A stretch of 64,000 nucleotides of DNA from Leptospira sp. (lineage in GTDB: Bacteria; Spirochaetota; Leptospiria; Leptospirales; Leptospiraceae): the NCBI GenBank assembly GCA_034439575.1, contig JAWXAQ010000002.1:1-64000 (forward strand), in the 5' to 3' direction. How positions within the stretch are numbered: position 1 is the stretch's first letter; each line of letters starts with the position of its first letter. Both the position numbers and the translations under genes were made by a program. Under the pieces are notes generated by a model. That model had not been told where the DNA came from. It worked only from the letters and a program-made list of their open reading frames with translations, and ran no database searches. Of the stretch, positions 52,467 to 63,201 are shown one piece after another.

Positions 52467-53913
52467 GTGATGACAATTTAAAAACTGTGGCGGGAGTTCC
52501 AACTCCTTTCAAAGTAGCAGAAAGTTTTTCAGATACAAATCCAGATTTTTGAATTTGGTCTTGGGTTCCTGGGGCATTCCAAATGGATTCAGAAACCCAA
52601 ATTTCACCCGAGCTCGCGAGTCCTTGGACTCGTGCAGCGATATTTACCGATTGGCCAAAATAATCCAACCTTTCATCATTAACAACCGCTAAAGCAGGAC
52701 CTTCATTAAGTCCGACTTTTAATCCAATGATATGACCATCATTTCCCCAAGATTGGTTCATATTTTCAATTTTTTTTAACATTTCTAATGAAGCCAACAA
52801 ACCTTCTGTAGGTGACGAAAATGTTGCCATAATGGCATCCCCCATAGTTTTAACAATGGCTCCTTTATATTCTCTAACGGTTTCGGTGAGTAAACGAAAA
52901 TGTTCCTGAACCAATCGATAGGCAAAAATATCGCCTGCTTTGTCATACATTTCTGTTGATCCGCGTAAATCTGTGAACATGATAGTTAAGGATTTTACAT
53001 TTAAATTTAAATCAGGAGACAATCTATGGATGCGAAACAAATCTCTAAACGATTGGTTGTTTAATAACATTTTTGCTGTTAAAAAAGGGGAGATGGTTGT
53101 GGGATGTTGTTTAACAATATTCATAAGTATTTCAACGTTAGGTGTGAGAATTTGGATTCCGGCAGTCCATCTAGATCTATTGTGAATCGTAAAATGATAC
53201 TTTCCCGGTTTTAAATTTTTGGTTTTAGGCAAGAAGCCTGTTTCTAAGAGATCAACAATCTGATTTGATTCAGTTCCATCTATCGTTTTATCTGCATAGA
53301 AAAAAGAGGCTGCGTTTCTATCAATAGATACAATTTGTAAAACAGAACCCGTATCTTCACCTAATTTCAGTTCAATTTCGATCTCTTTGGATTCATCCGG
53401 TGCTAAAACAAAAAAATGTTTGATCGTAGTTCTGATCCATGCTTGTAATTCTTTTGATTTGTTGTAATTTGCAGAAAAATAATATGTATAATATTCTTCT
53501 AATGAAGCAAAAGGATTTTTTTTGTTTTCTACGAGGGATGGATGTAACTCAAAGGCAACTTCTACTTGGTCATCAAGAAGTGTGGGTATATAAAAATTAC
53601 AAGCAACACAATGAAATTCGTGATTCTGAATTTCGTCCAATTTGTGGTGTGTATGAACTATTCCACCACATAACGGGCATAACAAATTATAAGCAAAATC
53701 AAACAAACCGACTTTGGTAGCATGCACAAAAAAATCCAAACTATCTTCTTCTGTGATTCCATTTTGTTTTGCAAAAAGAAGAGGGTTAATCCTTGTTAAT
53801 TTCCAATCATCTGAATTTCGAATCACACCTTCTGCTTTTTTTATCACCTCTGGTTTTAAGATAGGGAATGTGTTTAAATTGGAAAATTTTTGATTCAAAA
53901 TAGCTTCTTTCAT
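52459..53913 (-). CDS. Class III adenylate cyclase with an N-terminal CxxC-containing (DUF5939-like) domain
   Basis: FTDLRGST, KTMGDA, DYFGQSVNIAARV; CPLC and CVAC. Confidence 0.9.
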   Translation of the reverse strand: MKEAILNQKFSNLNTFPILKPEVIKKAEGVIRNSDDWKLTRINPLLFAKQNGITEEDSLDFFVHATKVGLFDFAYNLLCPLCGGIVHTHHKLDEIQNHEFHCVACNFYIPTLLDDQVEVAFELHPSLVENKKNPFASLEEYYTYYFSANYNKSKELQAWIRTTIKHFFVLAPDESKEIEIELKLGEDTGSVLQIVSIDRNAASFFYADKTIDGTESNQIVDLLETGFLPKTKNLKPGKYHFTIHNRSRWTAGIQILTPNVEILMNIVKQHPTTISPFLTAKMLLNNQSFRDLFRIHRLSPDLNLNVKSLTIMFTDLRGSTEMYDKAGDIFAYRLVQEHFRLLTETVREYKGAIVKTMGDAIMATFSSPTEGLLASLEMLKKIENMNQSWGNDGHIIGLKVGLNEGPALAVVNDERLDYFGQSVNIAARVQGLASSGEIWVSESIWNAPGTQDQIQKSGFVSEKLSATLKGVGTPATVFKLSSPT

Positions 53914-53934
53914 AAGTATCCTTTAGACTTGGGT

Positions 53935-54453
53935 TTAGTCGATTTTTGGGTCATAGGCGGCGACGTAGGGAAGATTTCTAAATTTTCCCGCATAATCCAA
54001 TCCATAACCGACCAAAAATTCATCCGAGATAATAAAACCGGGATAATGAACGGTAATTTTTGGATTTGCTTTTTCTTTTTTCCAGAATAGGGAGGATACC
54101 CGTAAATCTTTGGGCTTTTGATTTTCCAATTCATTGAGAATGGATTCTAATGTTTTACCAGTATCCACAATATCTTCGACAATCAAAACCGAACGTCCGG
54201 TTATCTGGTGTTTTAAATTTTTTGTGAAATTTACATGACCAGATGATACCTGTTCGTTGCCATAAGAAGAAGCACCCAAAAAATCAATTTCATGTGGGAT
54301 AGCAATGGCTCTGCATAAATCTGCTGTAAAAATAAAACCACCGTTTAATATGCCAATGATGACCAAGTCTGATCCCAAATAGTCTCTTGAAATTTCACGA
54401 CCTATCTCATCAACACGGGTTCGAATTCTATCTTCAGAAAATAATATTTTCAT
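53935..54453 (-). CDS. hpt: Hypoxanthine phosphoribosyltransferase
   Basis: VEDIVDTGKT, FLVGYGLDY, RNLPY. Confidence 0.93.
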   Translation of the reverse strand: MKILFSEDRIRTRVDEIGREISRDYLGSDLVIIGILNGGFIFTADLCRAIAIPHEIDFLGASSYGNEQVSSGHVNFTKNLKHQITGRSVLIVEDIVDTGKTLESILNELENQKPKDLRVSSLFWKKEKANPKITVHYPGFIISDEFLVGYGLDYAGKFRNLPYVAAYDPKID

Positions 54454-54962
54454 AATTTACCAATTTGGCCTGGAATCCAGAATACTTTCAACTTTGACTT
54501 TCCGAAGGAAATATCTTTCCAATTTTCACATTCAGAATTCACTCCCAATAGAGAGGCTGTAGGAAATTTCGTAAAGCAAGATGCTTCGGGATTTCCAAAC
54601 AAAAGTCCACTCGCAAAATTTTCAAGTCCCGGATTATGCCCAACGATCAGAATTGATCTTACCATATTTGGAATTCCTTGGCATAAAAATAATAAATCCT
54701 CAGCATCCGACTCGTAAATGGAAGGAATAACATCTGGTTTGGGTAGTCTTAAAATTTCTTTGCGTAAATGGTGGTAGGTCTTTTCTGCACGGACTGCTTG
54801 CGAAACAAGTGCCATATCAACATCCAATTGGTAGTCTTGTAAAAAGTGGCGGAGAGCTTTGATTTGTTTTTTTCCCCTTTCGGAGAGTCCACGTTTTTCG
54901 TCGCTTTCGAATGGTTCGCTCCAATCCGACTTGGCATGTCTTAGTAAATAGATATGTTTCAT
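54450..54962 (-). CDS. sixA: SixA-like phosphohistidine phosphatase
   Basis: LLRHAKS, VGHNPG, FPTA. Confidence 0.8.
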   Translation of the reverse strand: MKHIYLLRHAKSDWSEPFESDEKRGLSERGKKQIKALRHFLQDYQLDVDMALVSQAVRAEKTYHHLRKEILRLPKPDVIPSIYESDAEDLLFLCQGIPNMVRSILIVGHNPGLENFASGLLFGNPEASCFTKFPTASLLGVNSECENWKDISFGKSKLKVFWIPGQIGKL

Positions 54963-55008
54963 AACAATTGATTATAATCTATCTACAGCAAAACAAATGA
55001 CTAAATTG

Positions 55009-55605
55009 CTATTTTTGCATTTCTTTTTGGTATTTGGAGATTAACTCGTTATTGTTTTTGCAAGAAAATTTGGTTCTCATTTGGTTCAAATGGTATTCCA
55101 CTGTTTTGCGGGATTTATTTATCTTTTCTGCCACTTCGTTCTGAGAAAGTCCCTGTATTAATAAATTTAATATTTCTATTTGAAAGGTTGAAAATGGTAA
55201 AGTAACGGTACTGATACCTTCGGAAATAAAAAGATCCCCTTTCATAATCGATTCGATAACAGACGGTAGGTGTGAAATAGGATCTGACTTTAAAATGTAT
55301 CCATTTGCTTTTGATTTTAATGCGTCTTCTACATAAAGTTGTCCGGAATGAAGAGTGAACATCGCCACCTTTGTTTTAGGAAAATTTGCTTTTACTTCTC
55401 TAAGAATTTCAATCCCATTTACATCTGGCAGATCTATGTCCAATAAAAGAAAGTCCACTGAACTCGTACTTAGAAAATTTCGTAAATCATTGCCAGTGCG
55501 AAATTGTCCTAGAACTTGAAAGAAAGGGTTGGTTTTCAGGACCGATATGATTCCCTCTGTAACTACAGAGTGATCTTCTAAGATTGCAATTTTTATAGGT
55601 TCCAC
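55009..55605 (-). CDS. NarL/LuxR-family response regulator
   Basis: ILEDH, LLDIDLP, GYILK, HTH SRKTVEYH; likely GTG start at 55605. Confidence 0.9.
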   Translation of the reverse strand: MEPIKIAILEDHSVVTEGIISVLKTNPFFQVLGQFRTGNDLRNFLSTSSVDFLLLDIDLPDVNGIEILREVKANFPKTKVAMFTLHSGQLYVEDALKSKANGYILKSDPISHLPSVIESIMKGDLFISEGISTVTLPFSTFQIEILNLLIQGLSQNEVAEKINKSRKTVEYHLNQMRTKFSCKNNNELISKYQKEMQK

Positions 55606-55644
55606 GTGTACTACTTTAAGAGATTTGAAATTCAACATAACCAA

Positions 55645-58008
55645 ATGTTAAGACAATGCAAAGTCATTTTTGTAGTGATAGTACAATCTATACTTATTTC
55701 CTGCGGACAAACAATCCCTCAGGCATTTGCCCAAGATGGTTTGTTAAATGCTCAAAATTGGTACATCCCGAGATCCAATTTGGAACTGCGAGGTGAGTGG
55801 AGATTCTTTTGGCATGAATTTTTAGATGCCAATGAAGTGGACAGGCCAGATAAGATGAGTCTTTCTGCGGGAAAACATTGGACTTCTCTAAGAAAAGACG
55901 GGCAAAGCCTACCTAGTTTTGGGTATGGGACGTATCGATTGAATGTTTTACTGCCTGACAATCGTGACACTCTCGCATTGTACATTCCTGTGATGCATAC
56001 CGCTTACCGCGTGTACGTTGATGGCGAATTTTTATACGAAAATGGTGTCGTTTCGGAATTTGAAAGTTTCCATAAACCTTCATTTCATACAAAGGTCATC
56101 GCATTACGAGGACACAGAAAACACCTTCGGATACAAATCGATGTATCAAATTATACTCACAAAATCGCTGGCATGAAAGAAGTGATTCAGCTAGGTAGAA
56201 TTGATAATATATATGCCCATGTTTCAGGAGCGTATATATTTAATTGGTTTATTATTTTCTTCTTAAGTATACTTTCAATTTATCATTTCTTTTTGTATAA
56301 TCTCCGTCAGTCTGAGAAAGCTTCTTTTTATCTTGGATTTCTTTATTTAGGAATTCTGATCATGATACTCACTTTAGCAGAAGGAAGAATATTGTTTAAT
56401 ATGCTGCCTGATGTTTGGTGTATGTTGATCATACGATTGTCTGGAATAGGATTGCCACTCAGTATTTATATGGGAGCGAGAGTGCTTTATTATTTATTTT
56501 TGGATCACCGGTTTGATATACTGATTACTGTCTCAAAAATTTATGTAGTTTCGTATATTTTTACGTCCCTTTTCTCACCAAACGAATATATGGCAGAATG
56601 GACATATCGATTTGAATTTGTTTCTATATTTTTTATCATAGTTGGATTACTTCTAACATTAAGAGCCGTTATATATAGAAAAAAAGATAGTCTTTTGTAT
56701 TTGACGAGTTTGATTTTGATTTGTTTCGGTTCTATTCACGATACTCTCTATAATGGGAATTATGCGATCGGTTTGCATCCGCTTGGTTACTATAGTGTTA
56801 TTTTTTTTCTAATTCCCCAAACGTACATATTAACTAGGTCAATTGTTCAGATTTTTAAATCAGAAGAAAAGATCTCTCGTGCACTTATCAAAAGTAATGA
56901 AGATCTGGAAAATAAAGTCCAAGAACGAACCGTAGAACTGCAAAAGGCAAATCGTTGGAAGGCAAATTTTGTATCCTTAATGTCACATGATTTACGTTCA
57001 CCACTTATCGGTGTGAATCAAATTTTGGATGTATTGCAATTCAAACTATCAACGATACCTGATATAGAAAAGTATAAGTACATAACCATTTGCAAAGAAG
57101 GAATTCAAAATTCACTTCGCATGTTAAAATCATTGTTAGATATCAGTCGCTTTGATTCAGAGGGTATCAAACTCCAACAATCTCAGTTTTCTCTAAAATC
57201 ACTGATTACGGAAGTGACGTCTATACTTCATCCAATAGCAACTGTTAAAGATATCAAGTTAAATATAAATATTTTGCAGGATACGAATATTATTGGTGAT
57301 AGAGCATTATTAGAAGAAGTCTTCAAAAATATTTTAACAAATGCGATAAAGTTTTCTTATCCAAATTCCAGTATAGAAATTTCCGATAAAATCAAAGGAG
57401 ATTGGGTTTCCATAGAAATCAAAGACTTTGGCCTCGGTATGGAAGAAGATGTCGTTGCTAAAATATTAGGAGACAAAAATCCAAAAAGCCAAGTCGGTAC
57501 GAATGGCGAACTTGGGAGTGGCTTTGGCTTAAAATTATGTATCAATATTTTGGATGCTCATTTCAGTAAATTACGCATTCAAAGTGAACCTGGAAAAGGC
57601 TCAACATTTGAAATCCAATTTTCTAAATTGTTAAAATCAATTTTGTTAGTTGATGATTCGGATGGTTATAGAGCTGGACTTGCCGAAGAATTACGTAGGA
57701 GAAAATGGATCGTGATCGAAGCAAGGAATGGGGAAGAAGCTTTAGATCATTTAACTAGAATTAAGCCTACGCTGATTGTTACTGATAAAGAAATGCCTAT
57801 CTTAGATGGGATCGCATTTTTACACGAATGGGAAGCCATCAAAGGCAAACTAAACATTCCAATAGTTTTGATTAGTTCCGATGTATCCTTATCAGGTGAT
57901 AAAGACATTTTAGAAAAAGAAGAGCTGGAACATATGGTGGTTATGTTCCTATCAAAATTAATACCAATTCATAAGTTAGCAGAAAGAATTTCCAATACCT
58001 TTAAATAA
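55645..58008 (+). CDS. 7TM-DISM-type hybrid sensor histidine kinase (extracellular sensor, 7 TM, HisKA, HATPase, REC)
   Basis: LRGEWRF.W, GYGTYRL, SHDLRSPL, NAIKFS, GSGFGL, LLVDD, VTDKEMP; likely start ATG 55645. Confidence 0.9.
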   Translation: MLRQCKVIFVVIVQSILISCGQTIPQAFAQDGLLNAQNWYIPRSNLELRGEWRFFWHEFLDANEVDRPDKMSLSAGKHWTSLRKDGQSLPSFGYGTYRLNVLLPDNRDTLALYIPVMHTAYRVYVDGEFLYENGVVSEFESFHKPSFHTKVIALRGHRKHLRIQIDVSNYTHKIAGMKEVIQLGRIDNIYAHVSGAYIFNWFIIFFLSILSIYHFFLYNLRQSEKASFYLGFLYLGILIMILTLAEGRILFNMLPDVWCMLIIRLSGIGLPLSIYMGARVLYYLFLDHRFDILITVSKIYVVSYIFTSLFSPNEYMAEWTYRFEFVSIFFIIVGLLLTLRAVIYRKKDSLLYLTSLILICFGSIHDTLYNGNYAIGLHPLGYYSVIFFLIPQTYILTRSIVQIFKSEEKISRALIKSNEDLENKVQERTVELQKANRWKANFVSLMSHDLRSPLIGVNQILDVLQFKLSTIPDIEKYKYITICKEGIQNSLRMLKSLLDISRFDSEGIKLQQSQFSLKSLITEVTSILHPIATVKDIKLNINILQDTNIIGDRALLEEVFKNILTNAIKFSYPNSSIEISDKIKGDWVSIEIKDFGLGMEEDVVAKILGDKNPKSQVGTNGELGSGFGLKLCINILDAHFSKLRIQSEPGKGSTFEIQFSKLLKSILLVDDSDGYRAGLAEELRRRKWIVIEARNGEEALDHLTRIKPTLIVTDKEMPILDGIAFLHEWEAIKGKLNIPIVLISSDVSLSGDKDILEKEELEHMVVMFLSKLIPIHKLAERISNTFK

Positions 58009-58018
58009 TTCTAAAAAT

Positions 58019-58588
58019 TTAAGTCAGAGAAATCCTTTCAAAATGATTCTTAATGTGAAATAAATGAGCATTTTCATAATCTTCTCTAGATAACTCACCA
58101 TAGGCGAAGTGTGGTTTCAAATCTTCGGTAGTTTTTTTCTGAAATAAATTGATAGCCTCAATTAATTCTTCTTTTCCAACAGAAAATATTGTATTTAAAT
58201 CAATTGGTGTCGCACCGGGAATAGGTTCTTCCAAACCATGATTCATTTTTCCTCTCATTGAAAAAATGGAAAAGGCAAGACTTCCCACCGTATTTCTGAA
58301 GAAAGCAGATTTCATATCCGGATAACCATCGATCGAATAACGTATGCTCTGTGCACAATGGGAAAGCACTGTCCCAATTGACCAAGTGCTTTCAATTTTC
58401 AAATTTTTTTCAACTGCGCTCAAACGTTCTAAGAGTACCAAAAATTCTTTTAGATTGGTAACTTTTTTTAATTCGCTGACTAATTCAGATTGATCTTGAA
58501 TTTCTTTCATTTGTGCCTTCAAAATTTTGGGAATAAATAATAAACTTCCCAATGCCATTATTTTTTTAATAAATGATCGACGATACAT
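58019..58588 (-). CDS. DUF1569/DinB-like protein with a twin-arginine signal
   Basis: MYRRSFIKK; HCAQSI, PHFAYG, H..NH. Confidence 0.75.
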   Translation of the reverse strand: MYRRSFIKKIMALGSLLFIPKILKAQMKEIQDQSELVSELKKVTNLKEFLVLLERLSAVEKNLKIESTWSIGTVLSHCAQSIRYSIDGYPDMKSAFFRNTVGSLAFSIFSMRGKMNHGLEEPIPGATPIDLNTIFSVGKEELIEAINLFQKKTTEDLKPHFAYGELSREDYENAHLFHIKNHFERISLT

Positions 58589-59326
58589 CTACTTGTCCTT
58601 AAAAACTACTGGTTTATTGGAATTTTTTCTTAATTGTATATTTAACATTTCAACAACAACAGAAAATGCCATGGCAAAATAGATATATCCTTTTGGAATA
58701 TGCATTTCCCAACCTTCGCCGAGTAATGCGAGTCCTATGAGAATCAAGAAACTAAGTGCTAGAATTTTGATCGTAGGGTGCCTATCTACAAAATCAGAAA
58801 TGGACCCACTAGCAAGCAACATAAATCCTACCGACAGTATGACGGCTGTTATCATAACTGCTAAATGATCTGTCATACCAACAGCCGTTATGACCGAATC
58901 GAGTGAAAAAACAATGTCAAGGATCATAATTTGAATGATGACATTTGTAAAAGATACTTTTTTCTTATCCCCACTTGCTGCATCAGCTTCCCCTTCTAGT
59001 TTATGGTGAATTTCTGTAGTTGATTTTCCGATTAAAAAGAGTCCACCTAAGATTAAAATTAAATCTCGCCCACTAATTTGATGATTCAAAATAGAAAATA
59101 GGGGAGTTGTTAATTTCATAATTAGAGAAAGAGAAAATAAAAGCATAACGCGTGTTAACATCGCCAAGATAAGCCCAACTTGTCTCGCACTTTTTTGTTG
59201 GTTTTTAGCAAGTCTTGAGGCAAGAATGGAAATAAAAATGATATTATCTATTCCTAGAACAATTTCCAAAGCAGTAAGTGTAATAAGTGCTATTAAAATA
59301 TTTGGGTCGGTTAAAAATTCGAGCAT
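58589..59326 (-). CDS. TerC-family membrane protein
   Basis: LEIVLGIDN, DIVFSLDSVITAVG, IPKGYIYFAM. Confidence 0.93.
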   Translation of the reverse strand: MLEFLTDPNILIALITLTALEIVLGIDNIIFISILASRLAKNQQKSARQVGLILAMLTRVMLLFSLSLIMKLTTPLFSILNHQISGRDLILILGGLFLIGKSTTEIHHKLEGEADAASGDKKKVSFTNVIIQIMILDIVFSLDSVITAVGMTDHLAVMITAVILSVGFMLLASGSISDFVDRHPTIKILALSFLILIGLALLGEGWEMHIPKGYIYFAMAFSVVVEMLNIQLRKNSNKPVVFKDK

Positions 59327-59388
59327 GAAATTTCCTTTGTGCGTAAACTTAAATTTGAATTTTGGAAAAATCTAGCAAAAAAAGAATC

Positions 59389-60834
59389 TTAGTTTGAAAT
59401 CCTTACCAATTTCCAATCAACACAAATTTGACTCATTACTTCTTTTTGACCAAACAAAAGATTTTCATCCTTGGAAACGATTCCCCATGCAAAGGAATTT
59501 GGAACTTTTGAATCTAATTCTTTATCCCAATTTAGGTTGTGTACCCAGGGATAATAAATTCCTTCTTTTGTAAATGGGAGAAGATGGATGGATTCCATAC
59601 TGAATGTTCTTAAATATTTTACTGGCCAATAAGTGGATGACCCCTCTTTTACATTCCATAATTTCACAGTTCGGCTGACACAAAGTAGGCGATCGTCCAT
59701 TTTTAATTTAGCTATATTGATTTTATTTTGTATTTTAGGTTCCACCCAATAGCGATGTGAATAAAATAAAAGGCCAATGAGTAAAATATATGAGATAATT
59801 TTTGTGAATATTCTATTGTTTTTAAGAATGAAAAAAAACATAACAATGATAGAAATAGGTAAAAAATAAAAATAACGCGCATTTGGTTCTATTTGGCTAA
59901 ATTTTATAAAAAAGGATGTGAATACAAAGGCAAATGGTAAGATCCAAATTCGTAGTTCAAATTTTTGTTTAAACATTTTGTAAAATAAAATTAAACAAAA
60001 AACCCAAAAAGTGGGAATCATATATTCCGAAAGAGGTAGTTGTGGTAGGTGCGAAAAAAGATTTCCTATCAATGTAATGGGTTCATATGAGAAAAGAACC
60101 TTGGCATTTTCTATTGTTTCTTTCAACGGAAACTGTTTGATTTGAAACGAACCTATTCCTGTTTGTTTTTGTAAAAATTGAAATCCTTTCAATGTGATAA
60201 AACCGACTAACAGAGTAAAGATGCTCAATTTGGGTTTCAAGCTGGTAATGATGAATAAAGATAAAATAGGAAGTGTGTGAACAAAAAACCATAACTCAGA
60301 ATAGATTGAAATGCCTATAAGCAGTCCAAGGAGTATAGCTTTTGTTAATTCATTGAAAGAATCTTTTTTGATGATCCTTAGGGAGAGACCCAACATCAAA
60401 AATTCTGAAGCATGAAAACTTGGTAAAAAAAACTGGCCCCATTCCCTCGGAAACATTTCGCCTAATTTTAAAAAAGTGAGAGCTGTGATTAAGGAAATGA
60501 TGCGATTAAATCCAAAACTTCGCATCAGATAGATTATACTAATAAAACAAAAAAAAGAATAAAACCAGTGGATCCAGAAAATATCCGAGACAAAAATTTG
60601 AATCAGATACATCACCATTAAATCTGGAAAAAAACAATGAGAAGGCGGAGTCACCCAACCTAGAGCTAAACTGAATGAATTTGTAAGATCACGTATGAAA
60701 AGATAGGGATAAAGGGCATCACTATTTGTAACTGTACCAAAGTGATAATAATAAATGCTTTCAAAAGATGGCTGTAAAAACCAAAAAATAAATAAAACAG
60801 CCACCAACCGAAGAAATAAAAACATCTTGTTCAA
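59389..60834 (-). CDS. Polytopic membrane protein, possible GT-C glycosyltransferase
   Basis: About 11 TM segments; NSDALYP and FFPD in the first loop. Confidence 0.55.
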   Translation of the reverse strand: MNKMFLFLRLVAVLFIFWFLQPSFESIYYYHFGTVTNSDALYPYLFIRDLTNSFSLALGWVTPPSHCFFPDLMVMYLIQIFVSDIFWIHWFYSFFCFISIIYLMRSFGFNRIISLITALTFLKLGEMFPREWGQFFLPSFHASEFLMLGLSLRIIKKDSFNELTKAILLGLLIGISIYSELWFFVHTLPILSLFIITSLKPKLSIFTLLVGFITLKGFQFLQKQTGIGSFQIKQFPLKETIENAKVLFSYEPITLIGNLFSHLPQLPLSEYMIPTFWVFCLILFYKMFKQKFELRIWILPFAFVFTSFFIKFSQIEPNARYFYFLPISIIVMFFFILKNNRIFTKIISYILLIGLLFYSHRYWVEPKIQNKINIAKLKMDDRLLCVSRTVKLWNVKEGSSTYWPVKYLRTFSMESIHLLPFTKEGIYYPWVHNLNWDKELDSKVPNSFAWGIVSKDENLLFGQKEVMSQICVDWKLVRISN

Positions 60835-60896
60835 TAATATTATTAAACATTAGATTGAAAATCATAAGAATAAAATTAAACTAATTTTTTGGATAA

Positions 60897-61574
60897 ATGA
60901 TGATTAAATATATTTACTTTCTTAATTTTATAAACATAGCAATCTTTTGCATAAATTGTCAGAATAAAAATAACTTTCATCATATTTCTGATTTTGTAAT
61001 AAATGAGAAAAAAAATCGTACTGTACTCATTTATAGAGATCAAAATTTACCTCCGCTAGGATCCGGTTGTATCATTAAAGATGGGTATGTACTTACAGCT
61101 CAACATGTATTAACAGATGCTTGGGATAAACTTTGGATTTCCTATGATGGGAATACATTAACGTCTGTAAATATTGTTAAGTCCGAGGCAAAATTTGATT
61201 TGGCATTACTTAAGATCATCGAATCAAATCAGGAATTTCCGAAAGACAATTTATCATTTATAGATCGAGAGAAATTAAATGTCGGAGACTATGCATTTGC
61301 CTGGACTGGTGCTTATGGAGCTCCGCCCGGTTTCTATTTAGGAATGATTTCTCATAAGAATCGTTTAAATTTTGATCCCATGTTTCCAAAAATTCCTTTT
61401 ATACAAGTGAACGGGATCGCATATCCTGGAGCTAGTGGTTCATGTGTCTTTGATGAAAAAGGAAATTGGATAGGAATTGTGAGAGCGGCGATTGGCATAC
61501 GTGAGGCGAGCCAAGTAGGATTGGTCATTCCGATCGGATTTGTGAATATACTTTTATTGCAATATTTTAAATAA
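60897..61574 (+). CDS. Trypsin-like serine protease lipoprotein (no PDZ)
   Basis: TAQHV, DLALL, PGASGS. Confidence 0.85.
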   Translation: MMIKYIYFLNFINIAIFCINCQNKNNFHHISDFVINEKKNRTVLIYRDQNLPPLGSGCIIKDGYVLTAQHVLTDAWDKLWISYDGNTLTSVNIVKSEAKFDLALLKIIESNQEFPKDNLSFIDREKLNVGDYAFAWTGAYGAPPGFYLGMISHKNRLNFDPMFPKIPFIQVNGIAYPGASGSCVFDEKGNWIGIVRAAIGIREASQVGLVIPIGFVNILLLQYFK

Positions 61575-61664
61575 ATCTTAATATTTTTCCAATTTTTTTG
61601 TACAGATTTTTTTTTGACAATATTCGAGTTATATGGGATTGTAGGTACTAAAGGAGCAAATCAA

Positions 61665-62687
61665 ATGAATAAAATTTTTAAATTCACAATATTATTTGCA
61701 TTGTGTATCGCCTTACTGGCATCAAGTTGTAAAGAAGAAAAAAAAGATGATAATAGCTTAGCTCTATTACTCTTACTTAGTTCAAGTGCGAATACAAATT
61801 CGGCTACATCTCTAACGCAAACTGCCTCTGTAAGGGCTGTTTCAAGCGGAGTTTCTAGTTCCATCAGTTCTGGTATCCAATCAGGTGTTTCCTTTCATTT
61901 ACCATCCACCAAAATGAAATTGTCAAAAAATGAATTGATGGCATACATTCATAAAAATGCAGTTCGGGCTTCCCTAAAAAATCAAGTACAATCTTATGCG
62001 ACCGCATTACAAAAAGAAGAAGGAACTTGCACTACATCTTCTTGCACTGCGACACTTTCTGGAACTGTTGATTGTACTCTTAGTGGTGTTAAATCAGGAA
62101 CGGCTAAGCTCGACAAAGTTAAAGTTGAATATACAAATGGAACTAACGGTCTCGGTTACAAAATGAAAATCGATGGTAAGGTAACACTTGATAAATGTGG
62201 AGCGAGATCAAACAATTGGTTGGATTTCCCTAGTCAAGCAACGGCTGTAACGACAGGCGATGTAACCTTTGTAGGAACAAATAACATTGACGTTCTAAGT
62301 TATACAACTTCTGGATCGGGATCATCTGCGACTACGACTTTTAACTTAAAATATTCAGAAAACAATACTATTAATTCATCTGCATTGACAATTAATTCCG
62401 ATGCGGCTGTGGCGATCAAAGATTTAAAATCAGTAGTTGACCTTGCAGTGGTTAGTATTTCTTCGAATGTTACTTCATCTTTCACTGCCACCACATTAAA
62501 GTTTACTTCTGATTATAAAGACACTTTAACAGGAACAGTGAATGTAACCGGAACCGTTGGATCAGGATCAGTGAATCAAACCAAAGTTTATTCGGGCGAT
62601 GTGTTTAACTATAACGTAGCATGTGATTTAACTTATAATTCCACTAATGGAACCATTACAGGTGATTGTAAAACTACCAAAAAGTAG
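61665..62687 (+). CDS. Ser/Thr-rich lipoprotein
   Basis: AAGGAG RBS before ATG 61665; LASSC lipobox. The track's TTG start at 61614 lies in a TTGACA -35-like element. Confidence 0.8.
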   Translation: MNKIFKFTILFALCIALLASSCKEEKKDDNSLALLLLLSSSANTNSATSLTQTASVRAVSSGVSSSISSGIQSGVSFHLPSTKMKLSKNELMAYIHKNAVRASLKNQVQSYATALQKEEGTCTTSSCTATLSGTVDCTLSGVKSGTAKLDKVKVEYTNGTNGLGYKMKIDGKVTLDKCGARSNNWLDFPSQATAVTTGDVTFVGTNNIDVLSYTTSGSGSSATTTFNLKYSENNTINSSALTINSDAAVAIKDLKSVVDLAVVSISSNVTSSFTATTLKFTSDYKDTLTGTVNVTGTVGSGSVNQTKVYSGDVFNYNVACDLTYNSTNGTITGDCKTTKK

Positions 62688-62697
62688 TTAATTTGTA

Positions 62698-62727
62698 TAG
62701 TCGCTAAGCAAAATTGTTTAGCGACTA
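62698..62727. terminator. Hairpin between convergent genes
   Basis: TAGTCGCTAAGCAA-aa-TTGTTTAGCGACTA. Confidence 0.7.
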
Positions 62728-62738
62728 ATGATTATAAT

Positions 62739-63170
62739 TTATCTAACGACTGTCACACTGCAATTTGCATGATGAACGACACGGTCAGATACGCTTCCTA
62801 CCATAAACCTTCCAAAAGCACCAAGTCCACGGCTACCCACAACAATCATATCTACCTTTTCAGTATCTGCCATTTTACAGATTTCTTCGGCGGGATATCC
62901 TTCTACGATTTTGCGCGTCCATTTGACGGATGTTTGGTCAAGAATGGGATGCACTTTTTCAAATCTTTGTTCTGAAATCCATTTCACTCGATCTTTACCA
63001 GGGGGAGCCGCATCATAATAACCTGGGAGTGGACCAAAATCTTCGATCACTTCAAGAACAATACATTCAGCTTTACTTGCTGTGGCTATAGCCAAGGCCA
63101 TTTCTAAGGCACGCTTTGAACCTTCAGAACCATCAACGGGAACCAGGACTTTACGAATTAATTTTTCCAT
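62739..63170 (-). CDS. Universal stress protein
   Basis: [26 protein letters not shown]. Confidence 0.93.
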   Translation of the reverse strand: MEKLIRKVLVPVDGSEGSKRALEMALAIATASKAECIVLEVIEDFGPLPGYYDAAPPGKDRVKWISEQRFEKVHPILDQTSVKWTRKIVEGYPAEEICKMADTEKVDMIVVGSRGLGAFGRFMVGSVSDRVVHHANCSVTVVR

Positions 63171-63201
63171 ACTACTTCCTTTGAAATTTATTTATAAAAG
63201 T

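Noticed and set aside
55606-55644. Overlap between the response regulator and kinase ORFs
   Set aside because: Disappears with the more plausible starts GTG 55605 and ATG 55645.
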